Shown: positions 26,254-32,000 of the stretch, in pieces
How the letters are laid out: each line of letters opens with the position of its first letter
Position numbering within the stretch: position 1 is the stretch's first letter
DNA from: Okeania sp. KiyG1
GTDB lineage: Bacteria > Cyanobacteriota > Cyanobacteriia > Cyanobacteriales > Microcoleaceae
Assembly: GCF_014132355.1 (NCBI RefSeq)
Contig: NZ_BLZO01000093.1
Coordinates: forward strand, 154,881 to 186,880
Reading direction: 5' to 3'
Length of the DNA: 32,000 nt
Position numbers and translations under genes: made by a program
The notes under the pieces: model-generated
Database searches by the model: none
What the model was told of the DNA's origin: nothing
The model's input: only the letters and a program-made list of their open reading frames with translations

Positions 26254-26849
26254 ATGAATGAAAGTAATTTTATCGAAGTTAATGGTATTAGCTTTGAAAT
26301 TCTAGTGCCATAACAGGTATTATTCCTGCCTAAAAAAACCTAATTCATAAAGTTTCGGATATAGGGAAATATCTATCAAAACTACCTTTAAATCTGTCCA
26401 CAGGATATACGGTGGAGATAGTAATTAGGATTATTAACAATAGCGATCGCCCTCTTTACTTTAGTTTTTATTTTGCATTATTTCCTGAAATTTTTAGAGC
26501 TAAAGATGGTGCAAGCGTACCATTTGATATAGGGTGGTATAGCCTAGCTTCACCATTAAAATCAGATTTTATTTTAGCTATACCGGGAGAAAGTATCAGC
26601 TTTTTTCTTGATGCCAAAATATCTTGGCTTTGTGGTAAAAACTATGGTCTTAGTACCTCATTTGGAGGTGAGAGATTACTTATTCAACCTCTCCATTCAG
26701 AACGGTATAAACTTCGGCTGATATATGAAAATCAGAAAGATACTGCAGAATGCTATGACTTTCTTAACAAACAAACTCAAGTAATCGAAGGATTTTGGGC
26801 TGGTCAAGTATTAACTCCATTTGTAGATATTTATTTAGTTCCTAATTAA
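26254..26849 (+). pseudogene. Paralog-array copy a (subtype 1), disrupted
   Basis: ATG 26254 gives MNESNFIEVNGISFEILVP, then TAA at 26311-26313. An A7 run (26332-26338) has one base fewer than the A8 in copy b, shifting the frame. The remainder is the track ORF 26412-26849. Confidence 0.7.
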
Positions 26850-26923
26850 GATTAATTAGAATGACAACTGCTAAAGAATTGTTTGAGATTATACCCCGCT
26901 CCAGATAAATATATTTGAGGAAA

Positions 26924-27520
26924 ATGACTGAAAGTAAATTTAATGAAGTCGATAATATTCGCTTTGAAACCCTAGTGCAAGAACAGGTATTAGTACTGCC
27001 TAAAAAAAATTTAATTCAAAAACTTTCGGACATAGGGAAACATTTATTAACATCACCCTTACATCCATCCCCAGGATATCCGGTGGAGATAGGAATTAGG
27101 ATTACCAATAATAGCGATCGCCCTTTTTTCTTTAGTTTTAATTTGACATTATTTCCAGAACTTATTAGATCTGAAACTGTTGAAGTTGTCGAATTAAGCG
27201 GGGGTTGGATTAGTCTTGCTGGAGCATTATAATCAGATTTACCTTTAACTATGCCTGGAGAAAGTATCAGCTTTTTTATTGATGCCAAAATATGTTGGCT
27301 TTGTGGCAAAAATTACGGACTTAGCACGATTATCAGTGGTGGTCAATTTGTTTTTCAACCTCTTGATTTAGGGTGGTATCAGCTTCGCTTTATATATGAA
27401 AATCAAAAAGGAACTATACAGCTATATGGTTCCCTTATCAATAAAATTCAAGTAATAGAAGGATTATGGACTGGTCAAGTATTAACTCCGTTTGTAGATA
27501 TTTTCTTAGTCAATAACTAA
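26924..27520 (+). pseudogene. Paralog-array copy b (subtype 2) with a single in-frame TAA
   Basis: ORFs 26915-27232 and 27251-27520 are in the same frame, separated only by TAA at 27230-27232 (AGAL*SDLPLTMPGES versus AGVKEADLALTMPGES in copy g). The likely start is ATG 26924 (MTESKFNEVDNIRFE). Confidence 0.7.
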
Positions 27521-27619
27521 GGTTGAAAATTTATATTTTGACAGAAATAAACATCAAGCAATAACTCCATTTTTAGAAGTTAATATAGTTAAAGTTGATA
27601 CAGGTAATATTCAGGAAAT

Positions 27620-28216
27620 ATGAACGAAAAAAACTTTATTGAAGTTAATGGTATTCGCTTTGAAACCATTGTTCCCAAACGAGTATTAACTCTGCCTAAA
27701 AAAGACATTCTTCAAAAACTTTCATACATAGGAAAATATCTATCAAAACCACCCTTACATCCGTCCCCAGGATATCCGGTGGAGATAGGAATTAGGATTA
27801 CTAATAATAGAGATCGCCCTCTTTACTTTAGTTTTAATTTTGCATTATTTCCTGAAATTATTAGAGTGGAAAATGGGAAAAATATTCTATTTGAAGGAGG
27901 GTGGTTTCATCCGGAACAGCCCTTACAATCAGATTTTTATGTAACTATGCCTGGAGAAAGTACCAGCTTTTTTATTGATGCCAAAATATGTTGGCTTTGT
28001 GGCAACAATTACGGACTTAGCATAGATTTTAACGGAGGTGAATTTATTTTTAAACCCCTTAGATTGGGAAGATATAAACTTCGGTTAATTTATCACAATC
28101 AAACAGATAAGAATTGGTTTTATGATTCTGTTAATAAACAAACTCAAGTAATAGAAGGACTTTGGATAGGTAGAGTATTAACTCCGTTCGTAGAAATTGA
28201 TTTAGTCCGGCAATAA
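27620..28216 (+). CDS. Paralog-array copy c (subtype 3), intact; uncharacterised ~198-aa protein
   Basis: Full-length ORF with all family blocks: NFIEVNGIRFETIVP, PVEIGIRITNN.DRPLYF, MPGES.SFFIDAKICWLCG, YKLRLIY.NQ, QVIEGLW.G.VLTPFVEI.LV. Confidence 0.8.
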   Translation: MNEKNFIEVNGIRFETIVPKRVLTLPKKDILQKLSYIGKYLSKPPLHPSPGYPVEIGIRITNNRDRPLYFSFNFALFPEIIRVENGKNILFEGGWFHPEQPLQSDFYVTMPGESTSFFIDAKICWLCGNNYGLSIDFNGGEFIFKPLRLGRYKLRLIYHNQTDKNWFYDSVNKQTQVIEGLWIGRVLTPFVEIDLVRQ

Positions 28217-28265
28217 GGAAGAGTAGAATAACTATTTGAACAGAAAAATGTAGATTGTTTTCCGG

Positions 28266-28490
28266 TAATTACCAAATAATGAATAATGAATAATTAATAA
28301 TTAATAATTAAATAATTCACGCCTTGAAGCCTCTCCTTTTAAGGGTAAAAAAGTGGTCGAGAGATGGCGAGGTCTCAGAGCCATATCCAATCGACAAAGA
28401 GAAGAAATAATATTTCCTTATATTCAATTCTGTAACGGTTTTAACCAGAGGTAATTATCAATTATCCATTATCAATTATCAATTAATGAA
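28266..28490 (+). repeat. Repeat element, inverted partner of 23898-24066
   Basis: The flanks GGTAATTACCAAATAATGAATAATGAATAATTAATAATTAATAATTAAATAATTCA and GAAATAATATTTCCTTATATTCAATTCTGTAACGGTTTTAACCAGAGGTAATTATCAATTATCCATTATCAATTATCAATTAATGAA match the reverse complement of 23898-24066. The ~85-nt centre differs. Confidence 0.7.
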
Positions 28491-28611
28491 TATACTGTTG
28501 TGATTAGATAGTTCTGAGAAAAAATTAAGTCAATTCCTGAAATTAAACCAGAGAAATAAATTAATACTTGATTTCAAGTCGTTGTGTACACCCATTAACA
28601 GGTTAACCTAA

Positions 28612-29790
28612 ATGAAATCAGCAGAACTTTTTGACAATAATAATGAAGCAAATAGGGTACTCTTAGAAATATGGGAACCAAGTTTAATAGTATTGCCCAT
28701 TCCAGAAAGAACTTCACTAGCAAATATTTCTTTTCGATTATGGCTGAAGTTGACTAATCAGACATTAAAACCTTGGAAAATTAATCCCGATGGAATAATT
28801 ATTCCAGAATTAATAGCATCCGATGGTAAACTTTTAGAAAGAGAATTAACTACTGATAATCGAAAAAATGAAGCGAACAGACCCTATCAAGGAGATAACT
28901 TAGTCAATAAAGTAGTCTATTTTATTTCAAATTTAATCGATCATTTTGCTAAAAGAGGTATTTCCTGGGTGAGTACCAAAAGAGCAACATCCATCTCCAT
29001 TACTGCTAATATTTGTTGGAAAAAAGATTTACTACAGTTACAGTTATTAACTAATAGATATCAAGCTTTGAACAGCTCATTTTTTGATGGAATAAAACCG
29101 GAAAATTATCAACTCAGATTCATATATTATTCAAGCAGTAAAATCAAACCTCAGCCAGAAAAAGAAACTTTCCAGACGATAAATAAAAAACCAATAAAAG
29201 GCGATAAATTAACAACTTATTTTGTAAATTTACGCTTGGTTTATCTCACCAATCCAAATGATAAAGTAATAGAAGTAGATGGTATCCGCTTTGAAACTAT
29301 ACTGCCAGAAACGGTATTGACTTTCCCAGAAAAAAAAGGTGATATTAGGATTCCTGTACAGATTGGCATTAGAATTAATAATAATACTCCAAACTCCCTT
29401 CGTTTTAGCTTTTATCGCACATTAAGTGGGGAAATTGTAACACCAAATGGTCAAATTGTGTCTGGAATATATCGACTTCTAGGAGTTAAAAGTCCAAAAG
29501 AATCAGATTTTCCGCTAGTCCTACCAGGAAAGAACCTTACCTTTTTTCCGAAAGCTTTATTCGAGTTTAAAGGCGATCGCTTTACACTAAGTATTGCTTT
29601 AGGAGATGGTGGCTTCCTGAGTTTTGAAATTTTTAAACCGGGAATATATCAGATTCGGTTTACATATAACAACAAGTTTGAAATAGCAACAATATATGAA
29701 CGAGAAATAAAAAATACAAGATTAATAGAAAATATTTGGATGGGAAGAATATCTACCCCTTTTGTAGGGTTTTGCTTCCGTACATTTTAA
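28612..29790 (+). CDS. Paralog-array copy d: two-domain member (divergent N-terminal copy + canonical C-terminal copy)
   Basis: 392 aa. Residues ~205-392 (VIEVDGIRFETILPETVLTFPEKK...PVQIGIRINNNTPNSLRFSF...LPGKNLTFF...YQIRFTYNN...IENIWMGRISTPFV) match the family. Residues 1-200 show the same order of blocks in weaker form (LLEIWEPSLIVLPIPE, ISFRLWLKLTNQT, ICW, YQLRFIYYS, YFVNLRLV). Confidence 0.75.
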   Translation: MKSAELFDNNNEANRVLLEIWEPSLIVLPIPERTSLANISFRLWLKLTNQTLKPWKINPDGIIIPELIASDGKLLERELTTDNRKNEANRPYQGDNLVNKVVYFISNLIDHFAKRGISWVSTKRATSISITANICWKKDLLQLQLLTNRYQALNSSFFDGIKPENYQLRFIYYSSSKIKPQPEKETFQTINKKPIKGDKLTTYFVNLRLVYLTNPNDKVIEVDGIRFETILPETVLTFPEKKGDIRIPVQIGIRINNNTPNSLRFSFYRTLSGEIVTPNGQIVSGIYRLLGVKSPKESDFPLVLPGKNLTFFPKALFEFKGDRFTLSIALGDGGFLSFEIFKPGIYQIRFTYNNKFEIATIYEREIKNTRLIENIWMGRISTPFVGFCFRTF

Positions 29791-29888
29791 CTCTACTACC
29801 CTTAGAGCTTATGTTTGTTTTTGATTAATTTAACTAAGAGAACAGGTAAGAAAAAGTGCAATTACAAAAATACTTTATGACAGGGCTA

Positions 29889-30146
29889 AGTATCAGCTTT
29901 TTTCTTGATGTCAATATCTGTTGGCTTTGTGGTAAAAACTATGGTTTTAGTACCTCATTTAGAGGTGAGAGATTACTTATTCAACCTCTCCATTCAGAAC
30001 GGTATAAACTGCGGTTGAGATATGAAAATCAGAAAGATACTAAAGAATGCTATGACTTTCTTAACAAACAAACTCAAGTAATAGAAGGATTGTGGACGGG
30101 TCAAGTATTAACTCCATTTGTAGATATTTGCTTAGTCAATAATTAA
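29889..30146 (+). pseudogene. Paralog-array copy e: 3' half only (subtype 1)
   Basis: Homology starts abruptly at ...SISFFLDVNICWLCGKNYGFSTSFRGERLLIQPLHSERYKLRLRYENQKDTKECYDFLNKQTQVIEGLWTGQVLTPFVDICLVNN. This is close to the 3' half of copy a. There is no N-terminal half upstream. Confidence 0.6.
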
Positions 30147-30386
30147 GATTGAAAAATTAGATGTTAACAGGAATAGATATCGAGTAATAATTCCATGGAG
30201 TGAAAAAAAGCAAACATTCATTTATTACTATTAAAGGAGAAATAAAAAATGCAATTGCGAGGGTATTTGAAAAAATTCCTGACAACAAACAAGGTTGTTG
30301 TACTTACTCGTCAGTCTGCTGTAGCATTTACGATCGCATACCCACATTTAAAGTCGTTGTGTACACTAATTAACAGCTTAACCTAA

Positions 30387-30518
30387 ATGAAACCAGCAGA
30401 ATCTTTTGACAATAATAATAATGAAGCAAATAGCATACGCTTAGAAATATGGGAACCAAGTTTAATAGTATTGCCCATTCCAGAAAGAACTTCACTAGCA
30501 AATATTTCTTTTCAATAG
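30387..30518 (+). pseudogene. Paralog-array fragment f: 5' stub of the two-domain type
   Basis: MKPAESFDNNNNEANSIRLEIWEPSLIVLPIPERTSLANISFQ* plus ~36 nt of upstream sequence (30351-30517) duplicates 28576-28737. It ends at TAG where similarity stops. Confidence 0.55.
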
Positions 30519-30667
30519 ATTTTATCGGCTAGTATTTATTATTATGATTAGGTAGGAAGCTGAAAAAGCAGTTTAATTCTGGTAATCAACCTACACTAAC
30601 GGCTTTTGTTATTTGTATAATTAATTTCAGATTGTATACTTATACAGATAGAGATATTTTATGAAAT

Positions 30668-31264
30668 ATGAACGAAAGCAACTTTATCGAAGTTAATGGT
30701 GTTCGCTTTGAAACCATTGTACCCAAACGAGTATTAACTCTGCCTAAAAAAGACATTCTTCAAAAACTTTCATACATAGGAAAACATCTATTAACACCGC
30801 CCTTACATCCTTCCCCAGGATATCCGGTAGAGATAGGAATTAGGATTACCAATAATAGCGATCGCCCTCTTTACTTTATTTTCAATTTTGTATTATTTCC
30901 AGAACTTATTAGAGCGGAAACTGGTGAAATTGTAGAAATAAGTGGGGGTTGGATAAGTCTTGCTGGAGTAAAGGAAGCAGATTTAGCTTTAACTATGCCT
31001 GGAGAAAGTACCGGCTTTTTTCTTGATACCAAAATCTGTTGGCTTTGTGGCAACAATTATGGAATTAGCATGGTTATAAGTGGTGGTCAGTTTGTTTTTG
31101 AACCTCTTGATTTAGGGTGGTATCAGCTTCGATTTACATATGAAAATCAAAAAGAAACTAAACAGCTATATGATTCCATTACCAAAAAAACTCAAGTAAT
31201 AGAAGGGTTATGGACGGGTCAAGTATTAACTCCGTTTGTAGATATTTGGTTAGTCAATAATTAA
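30668..31264 (+). CDS. Paralog-array copy g (subtype 2), intact
   Basis: Full-length 198-aa ORF, closest to copy b in the variable middle (ELIRAETGEIVEISGGWISLAG...SGGQFVFEPLDLGWYQLRF). Confidence 0.8.
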   Translation: MNESNFIEVNGVRFETIVPKRVLTLPKKDILQKLSYIGKHLLTPPLHPSPGYPVEIGIRITNNSDRPLYFIFNFVLFPELIRAETGEIVEISGGWISLAGVKEADLALTMPGESTGFFLDTKICWLCGNNYGISMVISGGQFVFEPLDLGWYQLRFTYENQKETKQLYDSITKKTQVIEGLWTGQVLTPFVDIWLVNN

Positions 31265-31571
31265 GGTTTAAAAATTATATTATTACAGAAATAAACATCA
31301 AGCGATAACTCCATTTTTGGAACTTAGGATACTCAAAGCAGAACAGTTTTTTAAATGGAAAGCTTTGGAAAGGAATGGTGTTAGTACCCCTTGTAGAATT
31401 ACATTTATAAATTTAGTCATTTGTGATTGGCAAGCAGTTTTCTGATTATTATGACAAATAAATCGGTAAAACTAGAGAGGAAATACAGATGTTTAGAGAC
31501 ATTAAATAAATCTAAAGTTTGGTAGAATTACTGTAGATTTTATTGGCTGATACAAGTAATATTTAGGTAAT

Positions 31572-32000
31572 ATGAATGAAAACAATTTTATCGAAGTTAA
31601 TGGTGTTCGCTTTGAAATCATTGTACCCAAACGAGTATTAACTCTGCCTAAAAAAGACATTCTTCAAAAACTTTCGGACATAGGAAAACATCTATCAAAA
31701 CCACCCTTACATCCGTCCCCAGGATATCCGGTGGAGATAGGAATTAGGATTACTAATAACAGCGATCGCCCTCTTTACTTTAGTTTTTATTTTGCATTAT
31801 TTCCTGAGATTATTAGGGCTAAAGATGGTGTAAGTGTACCATTTGATATAGGGTGGTTTAGCCCCGTTTCACCACTAAAATCTGATTTTATTTTAGCTAT
31901 ACCGGGAGAAAGTATCAGCTTTTTTCTTGATGCCAATATCTGTTGGCTTTGTGGTAAAAACTATGGTTTCACTACCTCATTTGGAGGTGAGAGATTACTT
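31572..32000 (+). CDS. Paralog-array copy h (subtype 1), open to the window end
   Basis: ATG 31572 gives MNENNFIEVNGVRFEIIVPKRVLTLPKKDILQKLSDIGKHLSKPPLHPSPGYPVEIGIRITNNSDRPLYFSFYFALFPEIIRAKDGVSVPFDIGWF... The frame stays open for 143 codons to position 32000. It is absent from the ORF track because no stop lies inside the window. Confidence 0.75.
   Translation, partial: MNENNFIEVNGVRFEIIVPKRVLTLPKKDILQKLSDIGKHLSKPPLHPSPGYPVEIGIRITNNSDRPLYFSFYFALFPEIIRAKDGVSVPFDIGWFSPVSPLKSDFILAIPGESISFFLDANICWLCGKNYGFTTSFGGERLL

Noticed and set aside
27016-27309. Antisense ORFs conserved between array copies b and g (27016-27309 and 30871-31056), one of which stays open across the sense-strand TAA
   Set aside because: Their conservation is explained by conservation of the sense-strand coding sequence. 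The products are low complexity and the ORF is absent from copies c and d.

Overview
AT-rich cyanobacterial chromosome segment. It has GCGATCGC (HIP1) palindromes, many heptameric STRR-type tandem repeats and hairpin repeats typical of filamentous cyanobacteria. The species cannot be fixed from the sequence alone. Gene content from left to right: (1) the 3' end of a glycogen debranching enzyme; (2) a small EACC1-like gene translationally coupled to a CHAT protease / STAND ATPase / GUN4 gene that is broken by two homopolymer frameshifts; (3) a small antitoxin-like ORF; (4) a Ser/Thr kinase-TM-VIT-vWA protein with a PEP-CTERM-like tail; (5) 2.2 kb of non-coding tandem arrays (5 x ~327 bp and 3 x ~127 bp); (6) a SAM methyltransferase; (7) a phosphite-utilisation cluster ptxABCD whose three internal spacers are each 700-810 bp of nested repeats; (8) head-to-head remnants of a STAND ATPase and an RTX protein; (9) a CADD-family di-iron oxygenase; (10) a decayed IscB (OMEGA) nuclease with a candidate omega-RNA region; (11) a Ser/Thr kinase-2xTM-FGE-sulfatase protein with a DGR-variable-region-like C-terminus; (12) an atypical Hsp70-like ATPase; (13) running to the window end, a tandem array of at least eight copies or fragments of a ~198-aa protein family I do not recognise. 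The most novel-looking item is the kinase-FGE / Hsp70-like / paralog-array neighbourhood (21.0-32.0 kb). The EACC1-CHAT-STAND-GUN4 module is second. By my tally of coordinates, roughly 30 percent of the window lies outside any gene or gene remnant and is dominated by repeats. All homology statements come from motif recognition by eye; no searches were run.
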